Origin: Myxococcota bacterium
GTDB taxonomy: Bacteria; Myxococcota_A; UBA796; CAJQPC01
Reading direction: 5' to 3'
DNA: 64,000 nucleotides
NCBI GenBank assembly: GCA_036229005.1
Contig: JAZAMN010000054.1
Location: forward strand, 17,983-81,982
Both the position numbers and the translations under genes were made by a program. The first letter of the stretch is position 1. Every line of letters begins with the position of its first letter. The notes below the pieces were generated by a model. It was not told the origin of the DNA. It did no database searches and saw nothing but the letters and a program-made list of their open reading frames with translations. Positions 10,401-19,288 of the stretch are shown piece after piece.

Positions 10401-10477
10401 ACGGCAGCAGCACCCTGGTCGGCACCCTCGAAGACACCCAGCTTCTGGGCACCGTGGGCGTCGCCTACGAGTTCTGA
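7436..10477 (+). CDS. Surface protein with invasin-like Ig (Big_1-type) repeats and C-terminal outer-membrane beta-barrel
   Basis: Signal peptide. Repeated motifs DQGNGLYSFDY, YLGGGAWTARY, HEGNGIYRADF, DLKSGDYQSSF and KRGGGSYSATL, plus DQFGYPVPDQPV. Pro-rich linker, then alternating beta-strands ending VGVAYEF. Confidence 0.75.
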   Translation: MLNRPLLSRALLIALFSAPMVVAVTDSAPAAAQGASLFANSSGMVHLLSPSAVVGDGSSTATLFLLALNPDGSPMTGLKGRIGADQGGTSDLKDQGNGLYSFDYTPPMVSAATKVSFSLKAKTAAKVSMDKDFALWVNPPLPAQLTVSSSPTELVLGQDQGAALNIRLTGPNGETAADGGQLLVNTEYGSVESLTYLGGGAWTARYVPKAVNYPHLDVVTFADARDPSKVYGTHVVSMVGKTNFPISDATPNSTVMLRIGERDFGPYQADTQGKVSIPVTVPPGIPTATRITIVNGEQRQEPFDLQLPKTRRLALFPMATVPGDGETSVPVRIAVRTPEGKADGGAKVSLSSTSGKVSQPVHEGNGIYRADFTPSRSAAGETVTLSASVAGEASKSDLQVQVAPALPNQLKLTAEPTQLSAGATGFKVYAKLTDPAGIGIEGAAPAFVVAGAKASGAPRDLKSGDYQSSFSTTGADSVLVTALALGAPSGNPMSRVVVLPSSERVTNDGRSTVVVSVLSVDQFGYPVPDQPVTLRVNAGDGRLPSEVRTDARGLATVTYAAGRTAGPVDIEAKSGGLYGSATLLQVPASVDIDLPASGSASVVSQDERLARLVQTVLIPREGASGVALATMDDTSGTVGPVTTLEVAASPAEVAPGGSVTINITARDQQGRAVADEDLKVLATGGVMSAVQKRGGGSYSATLTVNADASGDAMVVVTSANGKVSQALPVPIAANLWGSAPEAAVVENTTPEGPAGAAPETTPVAPLPPPPEPPTAPKAEGEFPNGRVRVAGVFGSYDYRQAPTENPSALWNDAVNVATGIAGFEVDGYGYLPKLPYLGAEAQFRMGLYSLVWPGTSEEQAIGDQVPRLNVSVLGRLPFQVGDNQLHVGARAGYLYGDFITYQQGATETQLNYDSVGLPGGWTLGGELGAQFSQRAHMRAVYTAGFNQVNLYDHSVMVDLGVRPSLDLPLSLVGSFQYTARDIEVVTAGDGSSTLVGTLEDTQLLGTVGVAYEF

Positions 10478-11140
10478 GCCGGGGCTCAGGTGGGGCGCGA
10501 GCCCCACTCCCACCCTCACCACCGCCGGGGTTTCGGCGCGCAGACCTGCGCCCGAAACCCGGGAGTTCGGGCGGCCGAGGCGGTCGGTTCAAGCCAAAGC
10601 AGCGGCGACGCCGCGCCGACGCGAAGGCCCCTGCGCCTCGACCCCGTCCGACCGAACTCCCGGCTGGGGGTGGCCCCGGCTCCGCCGGGGCTCAGGGGGG
10701 TCGCGCACGCCCCCACCCCACTCCCCCCTCACCACCGCCGAGGTCTCGGTGCGCAAACCTGCGCCCGAGACCCGGGAGTTCGGGCGGCCGAGGCGGTCGG
10801 TTCAAGCCAAAGAAGCGGCAAAGCCGCGCCGACGCGCAGGACCGAACGCCTCGCACCCGTCCGACCGAACTCCCCCGCGGGGGGTGGCCCCCGCTCCGCC
10901 GGGGCTCAGGGGGGTCGCGAGACCCCCATAGAAAACCGGGGTTGCTGCGCGCAAACCTGCGCGCGCAGCCGGCTCGGAGGGGGGCCGGGAGCTTCCCGAC
11001 AAAGCCAAAGCGGGAGTCGGCCCTGGCCGGCTCCCCGACGCGCCGAGGGAAGCTTCCGCTCATGTCCCCCCGGAGAGCCCGCGGGGGGTGGGCCCAGCTT
11101 GACTGGGCCTCAGGGGGGTCGCGAGACCCCCATACAAAAA
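10478..11140 (+). repeat. Cluster of three structured ~200 bp repeats (A1 ~10517-10715, A2 ~10730-10930, B1 ~10944-11135)
   Basis: Tandem near-identical units (CACCACCGCCG at 10517 and 10730) with multiple inverted repeats. Homologous copies at 35631, 42549, 43325 and 63873. Confidence 0.9.
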
Positions 11141-11141
11141 A

Positions 11142-11870
11142 CTACAACCGCTCGATCACGACCTTCTTGAGCACCACATCCGTCACGGGCTTGTCCCCGG
11201 GGCCGCGGTCCACGTGGGTGATCTCCTTCACCTTGCCCACCTCTTCGCACTGGCCGAAGATGGTGTGCCGACCGGTCAGGTGCGGCGTGGGCGCCTCGGT
11301 GATGAAGAACTGCGAGCCGTTGGTGTTGGGCCCCGCGTTGGCCATCGCCAGCACGCCGGGCTTGTCGAAGGCGCGGTCGCTGTCCAGCTCGTCCTCGAAC
11401 TTGTAGCCGGGACCGCCGGTGCCCGTGCCCAGGGGGTCGCCGCCCTGGATCATGAAGCCGGGGATGACCCGGTGGAAGGTGGTGCCGTCGTAGAGCGGCC
11501 CGTCCACCGTCTGGCCGGTGCGGGGGTGGGTCCAGGTCCGGGAGCCCTCGGCGAGCTGCACAAAGTTCAACACCGTCTTGGGCGCATCCTCCGGGAAGAG
11601 CTCGCAGTGGATGTCACCCAGGGAGGTCTTGAAGGTCGCTTTCAGCGGCTCACCGGGCTCCACACCGAGCTGGGACAGGGTGGCGGCCAGAGCCTGCGCT
11701 TCGACCTCCTCCGTCAGCGAGGCCACCCGGCTCTTGAGCGCCTCGTTCTCCCGCCGGGTGCGCTCGAGCTCCTCCTGGGTGGACTTGAGCTCGGACCGGG
11801 CGGAGTCGAGCTCCTCGAGCTGGGCGGCGCTGGGTCCGCAGGCGACAAGGGCCGCGAGCAGCATCAACAT
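11142..11870 (-). CDS. Cyclophilin-type peptidyl-prolyl isomerase, lipoprotein with N-terminal coiled coil
   Basis: FHRVIPGFMIQGGDP, LAMANAGPNTNGSQFFIT and HTIFG. Signal MLMLLAALVAC with AGGAGG RBS. Confidence 0.95.
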   Translation of the reverse strand: MLMLLAALVACGPSAAQLEELDSARSELKSTQEELERTRRENEALKSRVASLTEEVEAQALAATLSQLGVEPGEPLKATFKTSLGDIHCELFPEDAPKTVLNFVQLAEGSRTWTHPRTGQTVDGPLYDGTTFHRVIPGFMIQGGDPLGTGTGGPGYKFEDELDSDRAFDKPGVLAMANAGPNTNGSQFFITEAPTPHLTGRHTIFGQCEEVGKVKEITHVDRGPGDKPVTDVVLKKVVIERL

Positions 11871-11978
11871 GGGACCTCCTGGGTTTCTGCTGCCGAACCT
11901 CACCCGATCCCCACCTCAGGTCAAGGGGACAGGGGTGCCCGGCCCGCTCCTTGTTAAGGATCTCCCTGGAGGTCCTTC

Positions 11979-12707
11979 ATGTTCCTGCTCCTGCTCGCAT
12001 GCAGCGGCACCCGCTTCGAGGGGAGCGTCGTCGATGTCAACGGCGCGCCCGTGGCAGGAGCGATGGTCACCGTGGTCGGCCAGCCCTGCCAGACGGTCGT
12101 CCAGGAGGACGGGACCTTCTCCCTCCCCTGCGCCTCTGGGGTGCACGACCTGAGCGTCGGACGCTCCGGCTACCTCTCCCAGAGCTGGGAGCAGCTCGAG
12201 GCCACCGAGCGCAAGGCCTACGACCTGGGCCAGACCACCCTGGTCAAGGTCCCCGAGCAGGAGGGCCTGCTGGTGTTTCAGGCGGGCAGCTACCAGCCCA
12301 TGGAGCGCGGCTTCCTGGTCAAGGACAGCGGCGGCCGCGGGGTCAAGCAGTTCCGTCACTACTGCCTGCCGGAGGGGGCCACCGAGCGCATGCCCGTCAA
12401 CCGCTTCCCCGCCGGCGAGGTCGCCTTCTTCGACAACCACTCGGAGGGCTGGCGCCCCTGGAAGCTGGACCGGGAGGGCTGCGCCTACCGCATGTCGCCC
12501 ACCAGCGAGACCCGCTGGGGCGTGGACTACTCCGAGAAGGCCGACTGGACCGAGACCCGCCTGGCCGAGGGGCAGAAGCTGGTCGTGATGACCCTGGAGC
12601 CCGGCGCATACTTCATCGCCGACTGGGGCAACGGCTTCTTCGTCAAGGGCGCCAGCGATGACCCCAAGATCCCCGGCTACAGCGGGGCTTTGGTGTTGGT
12701 GGAGTAG
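11979..12707 (+). CDS. Lipoprotein with carboxypeptidase-regulatory-like (CarboxypepD_reg) domain
   Basis: GGAGG RBS and MFLLLLAC. Domain pattern GSVVDVNGAPVAGAMVTV...DGTFSL...LSVGRSGY. Confidence 0.7.
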   Translation: MFLLLLACSGTRFEGSVVDVNGAPVAGAMVTVVGQPCQTVVQEDGTFSLPCASGVHDLSVGRSGYLSQSWEQLEATERKAYDLGQTTLVKVPEQEGLLVFQAGSYQPMERGFLVKDSGGRGVKQFRHYCLPEGATERMPVNRFPAGEVAFFDNHSEGWRPWKLDREGCAYRMSPTSETRWGVDYSEKADWTETRLAEGQKLVVMTLEPGAYFIADWGNGFFVKGASDDPKIPGYSGALVLVE

Positions 12708-12770
12708 CCCAAGGGGCGTGCAGATCCGGGCCAATGGGTTAGTCACCCAGCCCGTCTGCAAGGAGGCCCC

Positions 12771-13310
12771 GTGGAGTTCAAGGTTGGCGACAGAGCTGTC
12801 TACCCCGCACATGGTGTGGGAGTGATCACCTCCCTCCACGACGAGGACCTCGAGGGCGAGACCTACACCGTCTACACCTTCAAGGTGCTGGACAACGGCA
12901 TGACCATCACCGTGCCCGTCCAGAACGCCGACGCCATCGGCATGCGGCACATCATCGACCCCAAGAGCATCGACAAGATCTACGACATCTTGCGGGACCG
13001 CGACACCCCCACGGACAACCAGACCTGGAACCGTCGCTACCGCGAGTACATGACCAAGATCCGCACCGGTGACCCCCTCGAGGTCGCCAAGGTCCTCCGC
13101 GACCTGGCCCTGATGAAGATGGAGAAGAGCCTCTCCTTCGGCGAGCGCAAGATGTTCGACCACGCGCGCAGCCTGCTGGTCCAGGAGATCGCCGTCTCCA
13201 AGGACAAGGAGGAGGACTCCATCCAGAAGGAGATCGAGGGCCTCTTCGTCGCCCAGCCCGAGGCTGCGGACAAGAAGAAGTCCAAGGGCCGCGCCAAGGC
13301 CAAGAAGTAG
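12771..13310 (+). CDS. carD: CarD/CdnL family RNA polymerase-binding factor
   Basis: FKVGDRAVYPAHGVG, conserved Trp in QTWNRRYRE, and LSFGERKM. AGGAGG RBS with GTG start. Confidence 0.95.
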   Translation: MEFKVGDRAVYPAHGVGVITSLHDEDLEGETYTVYTFKVLDNGMTITVPVQNADAIGMRHIIDPKSIDKIYDILRDRDTPTDNQTWNRRYREYMTKIRTGDPLEVAKVLRDLALMKMEKSLSFGERKMFDHARSLLVQEIAVSKDKEEDSIQKEIEGLFVAQPEAADKKKSKGRAKAKK

Positions 13311-13358
13311 TCACACCGCGGCCCCCGCTGGGGCCGCCACATCTCGGGGAGAGCCACC

Positions 13359-14870
13359 GTGGCCCTGCAGCTCTACAACACCCTCTCCCGCAGCCTCGAG
13401 GACTTCCAGCCCATCGAGCCGGGCAAGGTCCGCATCTACGTCTGCGGGATGACCACCTACGACTACTGCCACATCGGCCACGCCCGGGCGATGATGTCCT
13501 TCGACGTGGTCGTGCGCTACCTGCGCCACGCCGGCTACGAGGTCACCTACGTCCGCAACCACACCGACGTGGACGACAAGATCATCGCCCGCGCCGCCGA
13601 GCTCGGCGAGCCGCCCCTGGCCCTGTCCGCCCGCTTCATCGACGCGCTGGACCAGGACCTGGACGCCCTGGGCCTCATCCGCCCGGACATCGCCCCCAAG
13701 GTCAGCGAGCACATCGACGGCATCGTCGCGATGACCGCCACCCTGGTCGACAAGGGCCACGCCTACCCCGCCGACAACGGCGACGTGTACTTCGCGGTCG
13801 AGTCCTTCGACCGCTACGGCAAGCTCTCCGGGCGCAAGCTGGACGAGCTGAGGGCTGGGGAGCGCGTCGCAGTGGACCCCAACAAGCGCAACCCCGGTGA
13901 CTTCGCCCTGTGGAAGGGCGCGAAGGAAGGCGAGGTCGCTTGGGACAGCCCCTGGGGCCCCGGCCGCCCCGGCTGGCACATCGAGTGCTCCGTGATGAGC
14001 TCCGCCCACCTGGGCGAGCGCTTCGACATCCACGGCGGCGGCATCGACCTGATCTTCCCCCACCACGAGAACGAGATCGCCCAGTCCGAGTGCGCCCACG
14101 GGTCCCACCCCATGGCCAACCACTGGATGCACAACGGGCACCTCTCCGTGGTCGAGCGGGACGAGGACGGTCAGTGGCAGCAGATCAAGATGTCCAAGTC
14201 CCTGGGCAACGTGATCCGCATCCGCGACGTGCTGGCCGAGATGCCCGCCGAGGCCCTGCGCTGGGTCTACGTGCAGAGCCACTACCGCAGCCCCCTGCCC
14301 TACTCGGCCGAGGCCCTGCAGGACGCAATGGCGACCATGTCCCGCGTCTACGAGGCCAAGGAGCGCGCGACCGAGATCGCCGCCAAGGAGCCCAAGGCCA
14401 GCGCCGAGCAGCTCGCCAAGGAGTCCGGCGCGGCCAAGGAGCTCTACGCTCTGGCCGCCGGCTTCCAGGACGCCTTCAACGAGGCCATGGACCAGGACTT
14501 CAACACGGCCAAGGCCAGCTCCCTGCTGCTGGAGCTGGTGCGCACCGTGAACCGCCTGTCCAACGACAAGTCCATGCGCAAGCGCGGCGCCGCCCTGATG
14601 GCCATGGTGCTGGGCGCCTTCGAGACCAGCGCCAAGGTGCTGGGCATCGGCGGCATGGACCCCGAGGCCTTCTTCGCCGAGCTGCGCGACAAGCAGGCCA
14701 AGGTGCGCGGACTGGACACCGCCTGGGTCGAGGCCCAGCTCGTGGCCCGCACCCAGGCCCGCACGGACAAGGACTGGGCCGCCGCCGACCAGATCCGCGA
14801 CGCGCTGCTCGACAAGGGCGTGCAGATCATGGACAACCCCAGCGGGGTGACCTGGCGCGTCCAGCTCTGA
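13359..14870 (+). CDS. cysS: Cysteine--tRNA ligase
   Basis: YVCGMT, CHIGH, GRPGWHIECS, HGGGIDLIFPHHENE and KMSKS. Confidence 0.98.
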   Translation: MALQLYNTLSRSLEDFQPIEPGKVRIYVCGMTTYDYCHIGHARAMMSFDVVVRYLRHAGYEVTYVRNHTDVDDKIIARAAELGEPPLALSARFIDALDQDLDALGLIRPDIAPKVSEHIDGIVAMTATLVDKGHAYPADNGDVYFAVESFDRYGKLSGRKLDELRAGERVAVDPNKRNPGDFALWKGAKEGEVAWDSPWGPGRPGWHIECSVMSSAHLGERFDIHGGGIDLIFPHHENEIAQSECAHGSHPMANHWMHNGHLSVVERDEDGQWQQIKMSKSLGNVIRIRDVLAEMPAEALRWVYVQSHYRSPLPYSAEALQDAMATMSRVYEAKERATEIAAKEPKASAEQLAKESGAAKELYALAAGFQDAFNEAMDQDFNTAKASSLLLELVRTVNRLSNDKSMRKRGAALMAMVLGAFETSAKVLGIGGMDPEAFFAELRDKQAKVRGLDTAWVEAQLVARTQARTDKDWAAADQIRDALLDKGVQIMDNPSGVTWRVQL

Positions 14871-14879
14871 GGGCTGGCC

Positions 14880-15491
14880 GTGGCCTGGTACTCCTGGTTC
14901 TCCAGCTTCTATGACCAGGCCCTGGAGGGGCTCTACGCCCCCTTCCGGGAGCAGGCCTACGCCCAGATCCGTCCCGGCGCCCGGGACGCGCTCCTGCTCC
15001 CCTGCGGCACCGGCCAGGATCTCCCTCCGCTGATCCCCCGACTCGCACCAGGCGCCCGTCTGACCTGTATGGACCTCGACGGCGGGATGATCGCCAAGGC
15101 CCGCGCGCGCGCCACGCAGTTCGAGCGGTGTGCCCTGGAGTTTGTGGAGGGAGAGGCTGCAAGCCTCGGCCAGCACTTCGACCAAAACTCCCTGGATCTG
15201 GTGGTGTTTCCCCTGGGGCTGAGCGTCATCCCCGAACCCGAGGACACCCTGGCGCTGGCCTGGTCCCGGCTCCGGCCCGGGGGGCAGTGCCTGATCTTCG
15301 ACTGCTGGGCCCGCGAGCGCACCCTGGCGACCTGGTCGGTGGAGCTGGTGGCGCAGGCCGATGTTTCGCGCACGCCCTTCAAGAAGCTGGAGGCGCTGGC
15401 GCAGGACTACGAGTTCACCCTGCTGCCGGAGGCCTCGCCGTGGACCTTCGGGGGGGAGCTCTACGTGGCGAACGCAGTGAAGGGCGAATGA
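14880..15491 (+). CDS. Class I SAM-dependent methyltransferase
   Basis: Motif I LLPCGTG, then CMDLDGGM and RLRPGGQCLIFD. Confidence 0.8.
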   Translation: MAWYSWFSSFYDQALEGLYAPFREQAYAQIRPGARDALLLPCGTGQDLPPLIPRLAPGARLTCMDLDGGMIAKARARATQFERCALEFVEGEAASLGQHFDQNSLDLVVFPLGLSVIPEPEDTLALAWSRLRPGGQCLIFDCWARERTLATWSVELVAQADVSRTPFKKLEALAQDYEFTLLPEASPWTFGGELYVANAVKGE

Positions 15492-15535
15492 TCAGCAAGC
15501 TGATTTCTGCTTGCTTATTCAAGCGTGCTGACTAA
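15491..15535. promoter_or_regulatory. AT-rich promoter region with palindrome, candidate MarR operator
   Basis: ATCAGC-AA-GCTGAT at 15491-15504, upstream of the gst-marR pair. Confidence 0.35.
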
Positions 15536-15565
15536 CATGAAGGTGTTCCAGTCAAGGAGACCCTC

Positions 15566-16177
15566 ATGCGCCTGCACTTCCATCCCCTGTCCGGCTGCTC
15601 TCGCCGTGTCCTCACCTTCCTGGCCGTCCACGACATCCCCTTCGAGCCCACCGTTGTGGCGCTGGAGCGTGGAGAGCACAAGCAGCCCGGCTACCTGGCG
15701 TTGAACCCAGCCGGGCGAGTCCCTGCGTGGGAGGACGAGACGGTAGGCGTGCTCACGGAGTCCCTCGCGATCCTGCGCTACTTGGCGGAGCGCCACGCTC
15801 CAGAAGCGCTGGGAGAGGGCCCGGCCGAGCGCGCCAGGGTCGACCAGTGGAGCGCGTGGGCGCTGGCTCACCCCAGCGCGCTCGCTGGGCGCCTGAACGC
15901 AGAGACGGGGCTCAAGCGGATGACCGGGCAGCCCGTGGATGCGGACGCAGCAGCGGCTGCAGCCAGCGCCCTGAACCAGGAGCTTGAGCGCGCGGCGGAC
16001 GTCCTGAGCGCTCGCCCCTTCCTGGCTGCGGAGCGCCCGACGCTCGCGGACTACGTGCTGGGGCCCAACCTGGAGTCCACCATAGCGCTCGCTGGCTGGA
16101 CACCGGAGCAGCCCGCGCTCCGAGCGTGGCTCGAGCGGCTGCAGGCGCAGCCGAACTGGCCTATCATCGAGAGATGA
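15566..16177 (+). CDS. Glutathione S-transferase family protein
   Basis: YLALNPAGRVP, LTESLAILRYL and PFLAAERPTLAD. Confidence 0.92.
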   Translation: MRLHFHPLSGCSRRVLTFLAVHDIPFEPTVVALERGEHKQPGYLALNPAGRVPAWEDETVGVLTESLAILRYLAERHAPEALGEGPAERARVDQWSAWALAHPSALAGRLNAETGLKRMTGQPVDADAAAAAASALNQELERAADVLSARPFLAAERPTLADYVLGPNLESTIALAGWTPEQPALRAWLERLQAQPNWPIIER

Positions 16178-16599
16178 CGCCACTGCCCGTCGGCTATCTG
16201 CTCAAGCGAACCCACCTGCTCTACCGGGGCCTGATGGATGGACGACTGGCCCCCTTGGAGTGCTCCGCCGCGATGTATGAGGTGCTGTTCCACCTGCACC
16301 ACGGCGGCCCCCAGAGCGGCTCACAGGTCGCAGCCGCGGCGGGCGTGACCCCGCAGACCATGCACCGACAGACCAAGGGCATGCTGGAGGCCGGGCTGCT
16401 GGAGGCCCGCGCCGGCCGCGGCCGGGCCATCACCTTGGCCCTCACGCCGGCGGGAGAGACCCTGTTCGGGCGCGCCTGCGACGAGCTGGAGGCGCTGGAG
16501 GCCCAGCTCGCCCAGGGGCTGAGTGCGGACGAGCGGGCGGAGCTGGGGCGTCTGCTGCAGCGCGCAGAGCAGAACCTGCAGCCCCTCCCGAGCGACTGA
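16174..16599 (+). CDS. MarR family transcriptional regulator
   Basis: ATGA overlap with the gst stop. wHTH VAAAAGVTPQTM...GRAITLALTPAG. Confidence 0.88.
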   Translation: MTPLPVGYLLKRTHLLYRGLMDGRLAPLECSAAMYEVLFHLHHGGPQSGSQVAAAAGVTPQTMHRQTKGMLEAGLLEARAGRGRAITLALTPAGETLFGRACDELEALEAQLAQGLSADERAELGRLLQRAEQNLQPLPSD

Positions 16600-16626
16600 G
16601 CCCACAGGGACGGGTCCCCAGAGCGA

Positions 16627-16660
16627 CTGAGCCTGTCCTCGTTGGCAAGGACAGGCTCAG
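16627..16660. terminator. 13-bp stem hairpin between convergent genes
   Basis: CTGAGCCTGTCCT-N8-AGGACAGGCTCAG. No clear U tract. Confidence 0.55.
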
Positions 16661-16691
16661 AGATGCGCGCGGGGTCAGAGCCCCAGGCGGT

Positions 16692-17750
16692 TCACTGCAC
16701 GAGGACCATGTTGCAGGCGACCTCGACCTGCTCCTTCTTGCCCTCGCAGGTGGTGTAGCGCACGATCTCGGCGATGTGGGCGCCGGGCTCGCTGAACTTC
16801 TGGGAGAAGTGGTAGCGGGCCTCCTGCTTGCCGTTGAAGTCGACCATCTCGGCGGCGTTGTCCTTGGACACGGACTTGTAGTCCACCCAGACGTCGTAGG
16901 AGGCCGTGCAGCCCTCCTTGAGCTCGCGGCCGTCGGTCCCGATGTAGTGGTAGTGGACCTCCTCGTCCGCGCCGAAGCCGCACTGGTTGGGCAGGCAGGG
17001 CTTGACGTCCTCTTCGGTCGCGGGGAACTCGGCGGCCTTCATGGCGATCATGTCGGCGCTGTCGGTGCAGTGCTCGAACATGAACTCCTCGTCGCTCTTG
17101 ACGAAGAAGTCGGTGCCGACGGGGTTGGAGTCTTCCTTCATCTCCCCGTTGTAGATGGTCATGTAGTTGTCGGTGATCCGGAGCTGGCACTTCTTCTCGT
17201 GCACCTTGACGTACACGCGGCCCTGGAGCTTGTTGCCCAGGTTGTTGTTGTTCAGCACGAACTGGTCCCACTTGTCGCCGTCCTTGAACTTGGCGACGGT
17301 CTCGGCGGCCTCCTTGGAGCCCGCGTCGAAGGCGGCCTGGTCGACGCCGCGGTCGATCTTCTGGATGGCCTCCAGGGTGCACTCCTGGCCGACGACCATC
17401 AGGGCCTGGCACCAGTCCTTGACCTTGGGCTTCTCGAAGCACTCGAGCTCGTCGCCGTCCTTGTTCTTGCGGCACTCGAAGTCGTAGACGTCCGAGTAGG
17501 AGCCGACGGTGTACTTGGCGACCAGCTTGCCGTCCTGGGTGACGAACTTCATGCGGGTCTGCTCGTCGGGGGCGCGGGAGCCGTCGGACTCGAGCTTGTC
17601 GTACATCCAGGTGGTGCCGTCCAGGCCATCCAGGGTCAGACCACACTCGCCGGTGGCCTCTTCGCCCAGGTTCAGGCTGTTGCCCTTCTCCTCGCAGGCG
17701 ACCAGGCCAAGGGTGAGGCCCACCAGGCCCAGCAGAGTCAGCTTCTTCAT
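16692..17750 (-). CDS. Cys-rich lipoprotein of unknown function
   Basis: GGAGG RBS and signal MKKLTLLGLVGLTLGLVAC. Many Cys residues but no CxxCH. Confidence 0.8.
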   Translation of the reverse strand: MKKLTLLGLVGLTLGLVACEEKGNSLNLGEEATGECGLTLDGLDGTTWMYDKLESDGSRAPDEQTRMKFVTQDGKLVAKYTVGSYSDVYDFECRKNKDGDELECFEKPKVKDWCQALMVVGQECTLEAIQKIDRGVDQAAFDAGSKEAAETVAKFKDGDKWDQFVLNNNNLGNKLQGRVYVKVHEKKCQLRITDNYMTIYNGEMKEDSNPVGTDFFVKSDEEFMFEHCTDSADMIAMKAAEFPATEEDVKPCLPNQCGFGADEEVHYHYIGTDGRELKEGCTASYDVWVDYKSVSKDNAAEMVDFNGKQEARYHFSQKFSEPGAHIAEIVRYTTCEGKKEQVEVACNMVLVQ

Positions 17751-17916
17751 CGGAACCTCCAGAGGTGGCGGGGTCGTGGCTGCCGCCGCCAAAAAGTTGC
17801 CGAACCATACCAGAGGCGTCGATCCCACCGAGGCCTCCGCCGGGGTGCCGGGTCAGGATTTCGACAGCCTTTGACAGGGGGTTAGGGCCCCCGCACAACC
17901 GCCCCCAGGAGAGACC

Positions 17917-18642
17917 ATGCGCCCCGACGGCCGTACCCCCGAGCAGCTCCGCCCCGTGAGCTTCGAGCTGAACACCGCCCTCCACGCAGAAGGAAGCTGC
18001 ATCGTCGCCTTTGGCGACACCCGGGTGTGGTGCACCGCGTCGGTGGACGAGCGCCTCCCCCGCTGGCGCAAGGACTCCGGGCTGGGCTGGGTCACCGCCG
18101 AGTACCGCATGCTGCCCCGCGCCACCGACACCCGCTCCCGCCGCGAGGGCGACCGCATCAAGGGCCGCACGGCCGAGATCCAGCGCCTGATCGGCCGCAG
18201 CCTGCGCGCCGCCGTGGACTTCGAGAAGCTGGGTGAGCGCGTGATCACCATCGACTGTGACGTGCTCGCCGCAGACGGTGGCACCCGCACCGCCGCCATC
18301 ACTGGAGGCTTCGTCGCGATGGCCTTGGCCATCCGTGGGCTGATGGAGAAGGGCCTGATCGCCCAGAACCCCCTCACCCACACCGTCTCCGCCGTGTCCG
18401 TCGGCATCGTGGACGGCCGCCCCGTGTTGGACCTGCCCTACGTCGAGGACGTCGCCGCCGAGACCGACATGAACGTGGTGATGACCGACGCCGGCAGCTT
18501 CATCGAGGTGCAGGGCACCGCCGAGGGCGCCCCCTACTCCCGCGCCGAGCTGAACGCGCTGCTGGACCTGGCCGAGCACGGCTGCAAGGGCCTGGTCGAG
18601 GCGCAGCACGCCGCTCTGGACTGGCCGGAGCTGAGCGCATGA
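17917..18642 (+). CDS. rph: Ribonuclease PH
   Basis: [49 protein letters not shown] and EVQGTAEG. Confidence 0.98.
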   Translation: MRPDGRTPEQLRPVSFELNTALHAEGSCIVAFGDTRVWCTASVDERLPRWRKDSGLGWVTAEYRMLPRATDTRSRREGDRIKGRTAEIQRLIGRSLRAAVDFEKLGERVITIDCDVLAADGGTRTAAITGGFVAMALAIRGLMEKGLIAQNPLTHTVSAVSVGIVDGRPVLDLPYVEDVAAETDMNVVMTDAGSFIEVQGTAEGAPYSRAELNALLDLAEHGCKGLVEAQHAALDWPELSA

Positions 18643-19229
18643 GCCGCTGGATCCTGGCCTCCAACAACGCCCACAAGGTCGAGGAGATCGGGCGGGTGCT
18701 GGGCCCTCAGGGGATCCGACTGCACCCCCTGAGCGACTTCCCCGAGATCCCAGAGCCGCCGGAGACGGGGGCCACCTTCGAGGACAACGCGCTGCAGAAG
18801 GCCCGCTTTGTGTTCGAGCGCACCGGGCTGCCCTGCATCGCCGACGACTCCGGGCTGGAGGTGGACGCGCTGGGTGGCGCTCCGGGCGTGCACTCCAAGC
18901 GCTTCACGCCGCAGGCCACCGCGGAGGCCAACAACGCCCACCTGCTGGAGCGCCTGGAGGGCGTGAGCGCGCGCGGCGCCCGCTTTGTGTGCGCGCTGGC
19001 CGTGGTGTCCTCGACGGTGGAGGAGGTCTGGCGCGGGACCTGCGAGGGCTCGATCGGCCTGGAAGCTAGGGGCGGAAATGGCTTTGGCTACGATCCCCTC
19101 TTCCTCCCCGAGCAGGCCCCGGGCAAGACGATGGCGGAGCTGCCGCCGGCCGAGAAGGACCGCATCGGACACCGCGGCCGGGCCCTGGAGCGGCTGCCCG
19201 CGGTGCTGGAGAAGCTGCAGCAGGGGTGA
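18639..19229 (+). CDS. rdgB: Non-canonical purine NTP pyrophosphatase (RdgB/Ham1)
   Basis: [27 protein letters not shown] and EKDRIGHR. Conserved position after rph. Confidence 0.95.
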   Translation: MSRWILASNNAHKVEEIGRVLGPQGIRLHPLSDFPEIPEPPETGATFEDNALQKARFVFERTGLPCIADDSGLEVDALGGAPGVHSKRFTPQATAEANNAHLLERLEGVSARGARFVCALAVVSSTVEEVWRGTCEGSIGLEARGGNGFGYDPLFLPEQAPGKTMAELPPAEKDRIGHRGRALERLPAVLEKLQQG

Positions 19230-19288
19230 AACCGACCGGCGAATGGGGCATCCTGCGGGCGGACCCTTCTGTCATGGAGACGACCAGA

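Noticed and set aside
7418..10522. Long antisense ORFs (e.g. 1034 aa here, 13311-15185, 38729-41263, most of 58841-61324)
   Set aside because: They are shadow frames of real high-GC genes on the opposite strand. Only 58841-59134 of the last one is a real gene.
10490..11170. ORFs across the repeat clusters (also 42467-43875)
   Set aside because: They are translations of palindromic GC-rich repeats, with no RBS or protein motifs.
16590..16633. 13-bp direct repeat GAGCGACTGAGCC (16590 and 16621) as an insertion scar
   Set aside because: Only 18 bp lie between the copies, too little to infer a mobile element.
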